Of a DNA stretch of 64,000 bases, positions 1-9,572 are shown piece after piece. The stretch spans positions 32,001 through 96,000 of the forward strand of contig CANMWZ010000005.1 of assembly GCA_947501605.1 (NCBI GenBank), in the 5' to 3' direction. The position numbers were made by a program, and so were the translations under genes. Each line of letters starts with the position of its first letter. The stretch's first letter is position 1. Below the pieces are notes generated by a model that worked only from the letters and a program-made list of their open reading frames with translations, did no database searches and had not been told where the DNA came from. The stretch comes from Planctomycetota bacterium (lineage in GTDB: Bacteria; Planctomycetota; UBA1135; UBA2386).

Positions 1-1522
1 CGAGCGCCTGCTTGACCTTGCCGTCGTCGCGCGTGCGCTTCAGCTCGTGCAGGCGCGCAACCTGTTCTTCGCGAACCACCGTGTTGTCGATCGACAGGAT
101 CTGCAACGGCTCCTTCCGGTCGGGCTTGTACTTGTTGACGCCCACGATCGTCTCCTTGCCGCTGTCGATCTGCGCCTGCCGTCGCGCGGCCGCTTGCTCG
201 ATGCGCAACTTCGGCAGCCCGCTCTCGATCGCCTTGGTCATGCCGCCGAGTGCCTCGACCTCCTGGATCAGGGCCCAGGCGCGCTGCGCCAACTGATCTG
301 TGAGCCACTCGACATAGTGCGAGCCTGCGAGCGGGTCGGCCGTGTGCGTCACGTGGCTCTCTTCCTGCAGGATCAACTGCGTGTTGCGGGCGATGCGGGC
401 AGAGAACTCCGTCGGCAGCGCCATCGCTTCGTCGAGCGAGTTGGTGTGCAGCGACTGCGTGCCGCCGAGCACCGCCGCGAGCGCTTCGAGGCACGTGCGC
501 ACGACGTTGTTGTAGGGATCCTGCGCGGCAAGCGACCATCCCGACGTCTGGCAGTGCGTGCGCAGCGCCAGCGACTTCGGGTCCTTGGCGCCAAACGCGT
601 GCACGATCTTGCTCCACAGCAAACGCGCCGCGCGCAGTTTGCAGACCTCGGTGAAGAAGTTCATGCCGATGCCGAAGAAGAACGACATGCGCGAGGCCAG
701 CTTGTCGACGTCGAGCCCGGCTTGAATGCCGGTGCGCAGGTACTCGAGCCCGTCGGCGAGCGTGTAGGCGAGTTCTTGTTCGGCGGTCGCACCGGCCTCG
801 TGCATGTGATAGCCGCTGATCGAGATCGTGTTGAACTTCGGCGTGTGTTGGCCGCAGAACGCGAAGATGTCGCGCACGATCCGCATGCTCGGTCCGGGCG
901 GGTAGATGTAGGTGTTCCGGACCATGAACTCCTTCAGGATGTCGTTCTGGATGGTCCCTTGGAGTTGCGCGAGCGGCACGCCCTGCTCCTTGCCGACCGC
1001 GAAGAACAACGCCAGCACGGGGATCACCGCACCGTTCATGGTCATCGACACCGACACCTTGCCGAGCGGGATCCGATCGAACAGCGTGCGCATGTCGAGG
1101 ATCGAGTCGATCGCCACGCCGGCCATGCCGACATCGCCGGCAACGCGCGGGTGATCACTGTCGTAGCCGCGGTGCGTGGGGAGGTCGAAGGCGACGCTGA
1201 GTCCCTGCTGCCCCTGCGCCAGCGCCTTGTGATAGAAGGCGTTGGTCTCCTTCGCGGTCGAGAAGCCTGCGTACTGGCGCACCGTCCAGGGCTTCTGTGC
1301 ATACATCGTCGCGTACGGACCGCCGAGGTAGGGGGGCAAGCCTGGTAGCGAGTGCTGGTGCGGCAGGTCCGCCGTGTCGCTCGCGGTGTAGAGCACCTTG
1401 TGGTCGATGCCGTCTGGCGAGGTCCACGGCGGCGTCTCGCCGGCGGCCCGTTGCCATTGGTCGATGCTCGTGCGCGGGAACTCGGCAAAGCCGTAGGGGA
1501 GCTGTTGGAAGTCTGGGTTCAT
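1..1522 (-). CDS. scpA: Methylmalonyl-CoA mutase, AdoCbl-dependent (3' end runs off the window)
   Basis: Absent from the ORF track; translated by hand from ATG at 1522: MNPDFQQ...[20 protein letters not shown]...[17 protein letters not shown]...[11 protein letters not shown]...[12 protein letters not shown]...[14 protein letters not shown]. The Tyr in RQYAGF marks methylmalonyl-CoA specificity. Confidence 0.95.
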   Translation of the reverse strand, partial: MNPDFQQLPYGFAEFPRTSIDQWQRAAGETPPWTSPDGIDHKVLYTASDTADLPHQHSLPGLPPYLGGPYATMYAQKPWTVRQYAGFSTAKETNAFYHKALAQGQQGLSVAFDLPTHRGYDSDHPRVAGDVGMAGVAIDSILDMRTLFDRIPLGKVSVSMTMNGAVIPVLALFFAVGKEQGVPLAQLQGTIQNDILKEFMVRNTYIYPPGPSMRIVRDIFAFCGQHTPKFNTISISGYHMHEAGATAEQELAYTLADGLEYLRTGIQAGLDVDKLASRMSFFFGIGMNFFTEVCKLRAARLLWSKIVHAFGAKDPKSLALRTHCQTSGWSLAAQDPYNNVVRTCLEALAAVLGGTQSLHTNSLDEAMALPTEFSARIARNTQLILQEESHVTHTADPLAGSHYVEWLTDQLAQRAWALIQEVEALGGMTKAIESGLPKLRIEQAAARRQAQIDSGKETIVGVNKYKPDRKEPLQILSIDNTVVREEQVARLHELKRTRDDGKVKQAL

Positions 1523-1600
1523 CGGACGCGACCAATGTAGCGAGCGGGACTCGACGGCCTCAGCACGAACCCACCGTCGGCGGACCCCGGCGGGGCATCG

Positions 1601-2503
1601 TCACACCCGCCGCAGCCAGATGCTGGTGCCGATGCCCGGCGCTTCGGGCAGGGCGCGCATGCATGCCGCGGGATCGCGTTCGGCGAGGTAGGCCGGATGC
1701 AGTTCGATGACGAAGGCGCTGCTGTGCTGCAAGAGCGCGCGCAGCAGGTAGGCCTCGTTCCAGGCCCAGCGCTGCGCGACCCACTGGCGGGGATACTCGA
1801 AGGCCGCCGGGATGTCGTGGACGTGCAAGAACACGCCTCGACGCAATCGCGGCAAGACCTCGAAGAAGAGGTAGTTGACGTCGCTGCCGAGTTTGCTGAC
1901 GTGGCTCGAATCGATGAACAGGACATCGCCGGAGTCGAGTTCGAGAAACCGTTCGAGCGGCAGGTCCTGCACGCGGTGGCGTACGACCTCACAGTGCAGC
2001 AGGTCGCGCGGACTCAGCAGCGCATCGATGCGCGTCGAGTCGGGGTCGATGAAGGTCGCCTGCGTGGCGATCTCCGGATGGCGCTCTTGCGTGTCGAGAA
2101 ACACTGCCGAGGAGAAGCCCGAGCCGATCTCGATCCAGCGCCGCGGGCGAAAGTGGCGCAGCATGGCGTAGAGCACGAAGGCGTCCGCATACTGGAAGAC
2201 GGCGTTGTCCCAGTAGTAGCGTCGCCCGGCGGTCGCGTGGCGCGGGAACGCGGCGTCCTTGGCGTACGGCAGCAGTTCGCGCAGGCGTTGCCATTGCTGC
2301 GCCTCGCGCCGATCTATGCCAGGCAGTTCGCGGTCGCCGTCGCGAAAGATGTTCGCTTCGTCGCGCTGCACTTCGTCGAAGTCGGGGATCGGCGAATGGA
2401 AGTGCCCTGGCGGGAACGGGCCGATGCGCGCGTGCAGTGCGGCGAGCTCTGAGCGCAGGCGTTCGTTGTCGGCGCGCAGGCGTTCGAGTTCCGAGGGCTC
2501 CAC
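1601..2503 (-). CDS. Class I SAM-dependent methyltransferase (Methyltransf_24-like)
   Basis: Motifs IEIGSGFSS, LFIDSSHVSKLGSDV, HVHDI and WNEAYLL; short N-terminal coiled coil. Confidence 0.8.
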   Translation of the reverse strand: MEPSELERLRADNERLRSELAALHARIGPFPPGHFHSPIPDFDEVQRDEANIFRDGDRELPGIDRREAQQWQRLRELLPYAKDAAFPRHATAGRRYYWDNAVFQYADAFVLYAMLRHFRPRRWIEIGSGFSSAVFLDTQERHPEIATQATFIDPDSTRIDALLSPRDLLHCEVVRHRVQDLPLERFLELDSGDVLFIDSSHVSKLGSDVNYLFFEVLPRLRRGVFLHVHDIPAAFEYPRQWVAQRWAWNEAYLLRALLQHSSAFVIELHPAYLAERDPAACMRALPEAPGIGTSIWLRRV

Positions 2504-2507
2504 GGGA

Positions 2508-3422
2508 TCACCTTACCGCGAGGGCGGCAGTCCGGCGCTGCTGCAGAAGGTTGTCGATCGTGTAGATCGCGAGCCCGGCCCAGATGCCGGCGAAGCACAG
2601 CGCGCGCGAGGCGGGGAACGGCTCGCCGTACACGTACACGCCAAGCGCGAGTTGCACGCTCGGCGACAGGTACTGCAGGAGGCCCATCGTGGTCATGCGG
2701 ATGCGCTGTGCGCCGTAGCCGAACCACAACAGCGGGATCACAGTGACTACACCCGTGCTCGCGAGCCAGACGAGGTCGGAGGACGTTCCGCGCGAGAGGG
2801 CGCCGTCGCCATTCGCGAACCGGACGGCGAGGAAGGCCAGTGCGATCGGCGCCACGAGCAGCGTCTCGCTCGCGAGCCCGGCCAGCGCGCCGAGCTTCGA
2901 GCGCTTGCGCAGGAGGCCATAGGTGCCCCAGGTCGCCGCGAGCCCGAGCGCGAACCACGGCACGGCGCCGAACTCGATCACCATCGCGAGCACGGCGAGC
3001 GCGGCGAGGGCGATCGCGACCCCCTGCGCGGGCCGCAACCGTTCGCCGAGGACGAAGCGCCCGGCGGCGACGTTGACGAGCGGAACGAGGAAGTAGCCGA
3101 GGCTGCACTCGATCACGCGGCCGCTGTTGACGCCGATCACGTAGAGCAGCCAGTTGCTGGTCAGCAGCAGCGCGGTGAGAAAGTTGCGCAGAGCCTGCTT
3201 CGGTTCGCGCACGACGGCGAGGACGGCCTGCAGTTCGCCGCGCAGCGCGCACAGGGTCAGCAGCACGAATAGCGACCACAGACCGCGGTGGGCGATGACC
3301 TCGTACGAGTCGAGGTGCGAGAGGCGCTTCCAGAACAGCGGCACCACGCCCCAGAACAGGTAGCACGCGGCGGCGGCGAGGGCGCCACGCGCGTTCTCGG
3401 GATGGGGGGCGGGGCCGGTCAC
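2508..3422 (-). CDS. rarD: EamA/DMT family transporter RarD
   Basis: About 10 TM segments; motifs YLFWG..PLFWK, HRGLWS, SLGYFLVPL, ET, GLLQYLSP and YGEPF. Confidence 0.9.
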   Translation of the reverse strand: MTGPAPHPENARGALAAAACYLFWGVVPLFWKRLSHLDSYEVIAHRGLWSLFVLLTLCALRGELQAVLAVVREPKQALRNFLTALLLTSNWLLYVIGVNSGRVIECSLGYFLVPLVNVAAGRFVLGERLRPAQGVAIALAALAVLAMVIEFGAVPWFALGLAATWGTYGLLRKRSKLGALAGLASETLLVAPIALAFLAVRFANGDGALSRGTSSDLVWLASTGVVTVIPLLWFGYGAQRIRMTTMGLLQYLSPSVQLALGVYVYGEPFPASRALCFAGIWAGLAIYTIDNLLQQRRTAALAVR

Positions 3423-3542
3423 GGGGGGCGGGAAGGGTGGCCTTTGGGAAGGGGCGCGTCAACGGCGTGGTCGGCACCGCGAGTGAGCTATGCTGCGCCC
3501 CCTCGTTCCACCTGCAACCCGGAACACCTTGGAGTCGAATCC

Positions 3543-4883
3543 GTGAAGACCGCGTACCTGACCGCCGCCGCCCTGCTGCTCGTTCCCGCTCTCGTCGCCC
3601 AGGACCCCGCGCGTTTCGCCGCGCCCGTTCGCCTCGAGGCCGGCGCCAAGAAGCTCGGCGCCAAGTCCCTCGGCGAAGGGCGCCTCTATCCGTCCCCCGT
3701 GCTGCACGACGTGAACGGCGACGGCCTGCTCGACGTCGTCGTCGGCGACCTGCGCGGGCGCATCACGTTCGCGCTGCGCGAGAAAGGCACCGGCGCTCCG
3801 CACTTCGCCGCCGAGCAGAAGTGGATGGGCGCTGACGGCAAGGAACTCGACTTCCACAACTGGTGATGCATCGGCATGAGTCCACAGTTCGTGGACTTCG
3901 ACGCGGACGGCACGCTCGACATGGTTGCGGGCATCTTCGACGGCTCGCCGCACCTCGCGCGCGGCACCGACAAAGGGCACGCACCGCCCGAGCAGATCCT
4001 GGATCGCGACGGCGCGCGGATCGTGATGAACGCGATGTGGGACTTCGACAGCAAGCCGCCGAAGTGGGTGGAGCAGACGCGCTGTGACCCCGAGGGCGGC
4101 ATGCTGCAGCGCGGGCACATCACATCGGCCTGGGCCTTTGACTGGGACGCCGACGGCGATCTCGACCTCTTGCTGGGCGACCACGATCACGGGCAGGTGA
4201 TGCTGCGACGCAATGAGGGCAAAGCGGGCGCGCCCGCGTTCGCGACCAGAAACGAGTACGTGCGCGTCGGCGAGCAGCCGCTCGTCGTGAAGGGCACCGT
4301 CACGACGCTGCGCACGATCGACTGGGACGGCGACGGCCTTTTGGACCTGTTGGTCGGCAGCATGGGCGATGCCTATGGCGGCGGCGAGGGCGGCGGGGTC
4401 TACGTCTGCCGCAACGCCGGGGCGAAGGGCGCGCCGCGCTTTCAGCCGCCGACCGTGCTGATCGAGCCGAGCGCGCGCGGGCACAAGGATGCTGTTCGCC
4501 CCGACGCCGGCCTCTACATGGACGCAGCCGATCTCGACGGCGACTCGGACCTCGACCTCGTAGTCGGCGGCTACTCGACGTGGACGCCGGAGCCGCCCGC
4601 GCTCGACGACATGCAGAAAGCGCGCGTCGCCGAGTTGCAGAAGCAGATCGCGGGCCTCGACGAGGAGTCGCAGCGCTACTTCGAGGCCCTGCGCGAGGCA
4701 ACGAAGGGGCTCGACGACGAGGCCTACACCAAGGCCTACGCCGAGTTCCAGAAGGGCGAGGCCGGAACGGCGCGGAGCGCGCGGCAGAAGCGGCAGCAGA
4801 CGCTGCGCGAGGAACTCGAACCGCTCGTGCCGGGGATGAAGCGGCAGTCGTTCACTTGGTACTACGAGAACCTCGCGAAGTGA
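3543..4883 (+). CDS. Secreted FG-GAP/VCBS repeat protein read through an in-frame UGA (3864-3866); candidate selenoprotein, 446 aa, Sec108
   Basis: GGAG then GTG at 3543; signal peptide MKTAYLTAAALLLVPALVA-Q. ORFs ending 3866 and starting 3876 are in the same frame, joined by TGG TGA TGC ATC GGC ATG. Five DxDxDGxxD(L/V/M) repeats span both parts. Confidence 0.75.
3867..3905 (+). promoter_or_regulatory. Putative bacterial SECIS element
   Basis: Upper stem GAGUCCAC (3878-3885) pairs with GUGGACUU (3891-3898) around loop AGUUC, G at loop position 2. Lower stem UGCAUCG (3867-3873) pairs with CGACGCG (3899-3905), one mismatch. Starts immediately after the UGA. Confidence 0.6.
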
Positions 4884-5494
4884 CCGCGCGCTGGGAGCTC
4901 CTCCCGCGCGCGCAGCAGCGCGTGATGCCGTGGCAGAACGGCTTTGGCACCACGCGCCAGGTCGCGATCGATCCGCCCGATGGCTCGCTCGCCACGGGGT
5001 TTCGCTGGCGCATCAGCGTGGCAATGGTGGGGCAGGGCGGACCGTTCTCGCACCTGCCCGGCGTCGACCGTGCGCTGTGGCTCGTGCGCGGCAACGGCAT
5101 GCGGCTCGCGATGCCAGATCGCGAGGTCGTGCTCGCCGAACCGTTTGCGCGCCTCGACTTCCAAGGCGAGACGCCGATCGAGGCCGCGCTGCTCGACGGC
5201 CCGTGCGAGGACTGCAACGTGATGACGCGGCGCGGCGAGGTGGTGGCGGCAGCGCGCGTCGTGCAGCTTGCGGCGCACGAGCGACTCGGCGTCGAGAGCG
5301 CGCCACAGCAGGTGCTGCTCGTGCTCGCCGGCAGTGTGCGTGTGGAGGCGCGGGCCCTCGCGCTCGGCGAAGGGGATGCACTCCTTGTGGAGGGGGATGC
5401 CGAGTTCGCGGTCGTCGCGTCCGAGGCATCGACGGTGCTGCTGGCTGCGTTCGTGTCGCGTCGTGACTCGTTCGCGGGCGAGTTGCATCCTTAG
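4880..5494 (+). CDS. HutD/Ves family cupin protein
   Basis: MPWQNGFGTTRQVA...FRWRISVA...GPFS.LPGVDR...DCNVMTRR; GTGA overlap with the upstream stop. Confidence 0.85.
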   Translation: MTARWELLPRAQQRVMPWQNGFGTTRQVAIDPPDGSLATGFRWRISVAMVGQGGPFSHLPGVDRALWLVRGNGMRLAMPDREVVLAEPFARLDFQGETPIEAALLDGPCEDCNVMTRRGEVVAAARVVQLAAHERLGVESAPQQVLLVLAGSVRVEARALALGEGDALLVEGDAEFAVVASEASTVLLAAFVSRRDSFAGELHP

Positions 5495-5805
5495 GTGTTG
5501 GAGGAGTGCTTGCAGCTGTGGGGGATTGTGCGGTTGCCGCCGGCGATGGGGACGGGAAGCGGGGGCCACGCGGAGCCTGTGGAGCGAGGTTGCGGTCAAG
5601 GTCTCGAGAAGCTCCTTCCGTCGCTACGCATCAAGTCGATCGCGAAGACGCGACCAGTTCCGCTGCAGCTTGACGAAGGCTTGGTCGGTCGGGACGCTGA
5701 TATGCCTTCGGGTCCAATGGGGCATAGAGCGCTCTGACTTTCGGGCCCGAGGACCATCAACCATCCCGCAGCTTCCTCACGCGGGGATCGAACCCAGAAC
5801 TCGAC

Positions 5806-6981
5806 ATGATCCTTCGTACTTCCCTAGTCCTCTCCCTGTGCTCTGTGGCCGCGTTGGCGCAGACCAATCGCTCGGTGACCCTCGGTGTCGCGCCTGGCCT
5901 CGGGGTCACGTCGACCTACACGGCGGCGTATCCGACTTCGGCGGCGGGGCGCTTTGGGTTCTTCCTGCTGACGCTGCCGGAACTCACCGCGCAGCCGCTG
6001 ACGGTGCCGGGCTTCACTTCGAACGGGCTCGTGCGCGTCGACTTGAACAACCAGTTGCTGAACTCGTTCTGGTTGCTCGATGGGTCAGGGAGTCAGGGCT
6101 TCTCGGTGCCGATCCCGACGGACTACGTGTTCCAGGGGTTCTCGTTCGACGTGCAGACGGTGGACGTGGACTTTGGCGCGAGTGACCTCGCCTGGGCGGA
6201 CAATGATCTGGAGTTGACGATCGGGCAGGGGGTTGTCGGGCAGGGGCTCAACATGGTTCGGATCCCGGCGGGGACGTTCCAGATGGGGTCGCCTGAGCCG
6301 TTGAACGTAGCGCCGTTCTACAACCAGCCTAATGCACAACCCGTGCATGCCGTGACGATCACCCTTCCGTTCTGGATGGGGAAGTACGAAGTCACGCAGG
6401 CGGAGTATCAGGCGCTAATGGGCTCGAACCCCTCTGTCTGGATCGGGGCCCAGCACCCTGTGAACAACGTAGATTGGAACGACTCTGTGACTTACTGCGC
6501 GGCACTCACTGCAGTGGAGAGTGCGGCAGGGCGTGTGCCGGCTGGCTATCAGTATCGTCTGCCGACCGAGGCAGAGTGGGAGTACGCCTGCCGTGCCGGT
6601 GGCGCTACCGAGTTCAGTCACGGGCAGACTCTGGTCTGTAGTCAGGCCAACTTCAACTTCAGCACCGATTCCGTCATGTTCTGTGGGATCAATTCGATTG
6701 TCGCCGTCGGGAGTTACGCTCCGAACGGGTTCGGCCTGCACGACGTACATGGCAACGTCCAAGAGTGGTGCCTGGACGCTTGGGATGGTTCGGCGAACTA
6801 CCCCGCATCGCCAGTCTCTGATCCCTGGGTTTCTAGTGGACCGCTTCGAGTCCTCCGTGGTGGGCACGACCAGGTCTCCTCGGTGTATTGCCGCTCCGCC
6901 TATCGGCAAACAGGCCAGCCGAGCAGGGAGAACAGCACCATGGGGTTCCGGGTCGTTCTCGCCCCAGTTCTCGTCCCGTGA
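5806..6981 (+). CDS. Secreted protein with C-terminal formylglycine-generating-enzyme (SUMF1/CLec-fold) domain
   Basis: Signal peptide; motifs IPAGTFQMGS, YEVTQAEY, RLPTEAEWEYACRAG, NGFGLHDVHGNVQEWC, VLRGG and GFRVVLA. Confidence 0.9.
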   Translation: MILRTSLVLSLCSVAALAQTNRSVTLGVAPGLGVTSTYTAAYPTSAAGRFGFFLLTLPELTAQPLTVPGFTSNGLVRVDLNNQLLNSFWLLDGSGSQGFSVPIPTDYVFQGFSFDVQTVDVDFGASDLAWADNDLELTIGQGVVGQGLNMVRIPAGTFQMGSPEPLNVAPFYNQPNAQPVHAVTITLPFWMGKYEVTQAEYQALMGSNPSVWIGAQHPVNNVDWNDSVTYCAALTAVESAAGRVPAGYQYRLPTEAEWEYACRAGGATEFSHGQTLVCSQANFNFSTDSVMFCGINSIVAVGSYAPNGFGLHDVHGNVQEWCLDAWDGSANYPASPVSDPWVSSGPLRVLRGGHDQVSSVYCRSAYRQTGQPSRENSTMGFRVVLAPVLVP

Positions 6982-7110
6982 ACAGGTAGGCCGAGCCCGC
7001 GCGTTGGCGTAGGCCCGTAGGCCCGAGCGGAGCAGGGCCGGAGGTGCCGGAGCCGGAGGGCGGGCGGGCTTCGCCGGCGACCTCAGAACCCCAGTAGAGG
7101 AACAGAGAGC

Positions 7111-7281
7111 ACGCACGTGCGGCTGTTCTCGATCCGCACGGAAGGAGACGCCGATGCGCAGCAGGACCTCGACCGGTTCCTGCGCACGGCCAAGGTCCTC
7201 GCCGTCGAGAAGCGAGAAGGCTGCCTCGGTCCCTCGGGCTCGGTCTGGCCCCCCGGTGAGCTGACGAGTCCCAGTTCCTGA
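7111..7281 (+). pseudogene. Truncated fragment resembling the N-terminus of DGR-associated HRDC-domain accessory proteins
   Basis: (ACG)HVRLFSIRTEGDADAQQDLDRFLRTAKVLAVEKR...SVW then an early stop; purine-rich GAGGAACAGAGAG upstream. Similarity is from memory of the MQxxxFxI...E.LNxFLRxxxVLxVE pattern. Confidence 0.45.
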
Positions 7282-7317
7282 GCCCGGCCGAAGAACCAGC
7301 CGCGCGCCCCGCGCCGC

Positions 7318-9396
7318 TCAGTGCCGCAGCGCCGCCTTCGGCACCTCGACGAACGCCTGCCCCGGCGCCGCCCAGCGCAGCTCGAGCTCCGCGCCGCCCG
7401 TGGCGTTGAACCACACGACCTCGATCGCATGCAGGCCAGCACCGAGGGCGATCGCGCCTCGCTTCTCGATGCTGCCGTGCAAGCCGTCGTTGTCGACGAC
7501 GAGCTGGCCACCGATCCACAGCTTGCTGCCGTCGTCCGACGACAGGGCGAAGCGATAGAGCTCGTCGTCCCCGACGTCGAGGAAGCCCTGGTAGCGCAGC
7601 GCCACGTGTTCGCCCGGGTTCTTCGGCAGCGCCACCGCGGCGGTCGTGCCCCAGGTGTCGACGACGAGGGCGTTGCGGTCGTCGGGGATCTTCGTCCACT
7701 CGACCATCGAGAGCTTCGCGAACCGCAGCCCCTGGTTGTTGGCAACGGGCTCGACCGGCGGCAGTGGTTCGACCTTGGTGAACTGCTGCTCCACGATCTC
7801 GGTCGCGCGCTCCCCACCGACGAAGCTCGCGGCGCGCAGCGTGCACGACGCGTCGATGCGAACGGGACCCGCCGCGCGCGTGCTCCCTTCCGTAGGCTCC
7901 GTTCCATCGATCGTCCACGTGGTGACCGCAGTCTTGCTCTCTGACGTGATCGACGCCGTGAGCGCGTGCACGAACTGCTGCGACTCGGCCTCGATCCGCG
8001 GCGCGCGCACGACGTCGAGCCGGCCTTGCACGACCACTTCGACGACGGTCGCGATCGGATCCGGATCGGTGAGCGTCACCTCGACGAACGGCGCCGTCGG
8101 CGAGAACGGCGACATGAGACCCGCTGGCGATTGAACCCCGCGGTCGCCGAGCACGCGCACCGACGTGATCGGGTTGGTGAGCCCCTTCAGCATCAGCGCG
8201 TGGTGGCCTTTCTCGGCGTCGAACAGGTGCAGGTAGATCGTAGACGTGTCCTCTGCAACACGCACGGTGCAGCGGCCCCACGGCGTCGCGTCGAACACGT
8301 TGGCCGTCGTGCCGTGGATCGACGCACCGTTGGTCGCCATCCACGCAGCGATCTGCTGCAGTCGTTCGATGGCCTCAGGAGGGAACGAACCGTCGGCGCG
8401 CGGGCCGACGTTCAGCAGGTAGTTGCCGCCCTTGCTCGCGATGTCGACGAGGTTCTTCACGAGGGTCGCGGTCGACTTCCACTCGGTGTCGGCGGCGTTG
8501 AACCCCCAATGGCGGTTCATGGTCATGCACGACTCCCAATCGACGCCTTCGACCCCGGTCGGCGGGATCTCCTGCTCGGGCGTCGCGAAGTCGCCCTTGC
8601 TCTCGCTACTCTGCGAGAACCCCTGCATGCCGGAGCGGTGCACGTCGACGCGGTTGTTGACCAGCATCGACGGGGCGAGTTCGCGGCAGAGCTCGAACAG
8701 GCGCACACCGCGCTCGTGGTTCCAGGTCGCTTCCCATTCGCCGTCGAACCACATCACCGCGGGACGGTACTTGGTGATCACCTCGCGCACCTGCGCATGC
8801 AGGTAGCGTTCGTAGCGATCGAAGTCGGCGCCCGCGGCGCTGCGGTCCTTCGCCTCCCATGGCCGCCGCGGCAGGTAGTCGTCATGGTGCCAATCCATGA
8901 TCGAGTGGTAGGTGCAGAACACGACGCCGTGCCGTTCGCACGCGTCGGCGAGTTCGGCACAGATGTCGCGGCCGTGCGCGGTGTTCATGACATCCCATTC
9001 GGTCTCCGCGCTGTCGAAGAGACAGAAGCCGTCGTGGTGCTTGCTCGTCAGCACGAGGTACTTCATGCCGGCCTCCTTCGCGGCGCGCGCCCACGCGTCG
9101 GCGTCGAACGCGGTGGGGTTCCACTGCGACTGGAACCGGTCGTAGGTGTCGATCGGGATCTGCGCGCTGTCGCGGATCCATTCGCCGTAGTCGGTCTTGC
9201 CGCCGTACGCGCCCTGCGGGATCGCGTAGAGACCCCAGTGGACGAACATGCCGAAGCGGGCCTCGCGCCACCACGCCATGCGGTCGTCGTGGGAGGCGGG
9301 GGCTGCGGTCGGGGACGGCGGTCGCGGCGTCGTGTTCGAGTCGTGGGTCGAACAGGCCGCGAGCGCGGCGAGCAAGCACGCGAGGGGAAGGCGCAT
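7318..9396 (-). CDS. Alpha-L-fucosidase (GH29) lipoprotein with Fn3-associated and PA14 domains
   Basis: Lipobox LAAC; motifs WWREARFGMFVHWG, KHHDGF, MWFDGEW and GGNYLLNVGP; C-terminal SSDDGSKLWI...VDNDGLH (PA14). Confidence 0.92.
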   Translation of the reverse strand: MRLPLACLLAALAACSTHDSNTTPRPPSPTAAPASHDDRMAWWREARFGMFVHWGLYAIPQGAYGGKTDYGEWIRDSAQIPIDTYDRFQSQWNPTAFDADAWARAAKEAGMKYLVLTSKHHDGFCLFDSAETEWDVMNTAHGRDICAELADACERHGVVFCTYHSIMDWHHDDYLPRRPWEAKDRSAAGADFDRYERYLHAQVREVITKYRPAVMWFDGEWEATWNHERGVRLFELCRELAPSMLVNNRVDVHRSGMQGFSQSSESKGDFATPEQEIPPTGVEGVDWESCMTMNRHWGFNAADTEWKSTATLVKNLVDIASKGGNYLLNVGPRADGSFPPEAIERLQQIAAWMATNGASIHGTTANVFDATPWGRCTVRVAEDTSTIYLHLFDAEKGHHALMLKGLTNPITSVRVLGDRGVQSPAGLMSPFSPTAPFVEVTLTDPDPIATVVEVVVQGRLDVVRAPRIEAESQQFVHALTASITSESKTAVTTWTIDGTEPTEGSTRAAGPVRIDASCTLRAASFVGGERATEIVEQQFTKVEPLPPVEPVANNQGLRFAKLSMVEWTKIPDDRNALVVDTWGTTAAVALPKNPGEHVALRYQGFLDVGDDELYRFALSSDDGSKLWIGGQLVVDNDGLHGSIEKRGAIALGAGLHAIEVVWFNATGGAELELRWAAPGQAFVEVPKAALRH

Positions 9397-9572
9397 GCGG
9401 GCAAAGGGTAGCGCCGGCGGCTGCGGCAGGGCACTCTCGCGGGACGGGGCGAGCCGGGGAGCGAGCCGGCTGCCGCGTTACGACCCGGTGGGAATCCTGC
9501 CTCGTGATCCTCGTCCGAGCCCAGATCGCGGAGCCAGCCTCCGTCCACGACGTCTACGCCCGCCAACCCATC

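Noticed and set aside
47..1348. Long antisense or alternate-frame ORFs, e.g. 47-1348, 10163-12994, 15794-18556, 19608-22301, 49345-51840
   Set aside because: Shadow ORFs of GC-rich genes with clear motifs in another frame or strand; no recognisable domains.
3864..3866. Genome-wide UGA reassignment as the explanation for the in-frame TGA
   Set aside because: Most genes in the window end at TGA at the expected C-terminus, often in TGATG, ATGA or GTGA couplings.
5806..7300. Intact, active DGR
   Set aside because: No reverse transcriptase or AAC-rich template repeat seen in the window, and putative variable codons are not consistently NNC; kept only as a possible remnant.
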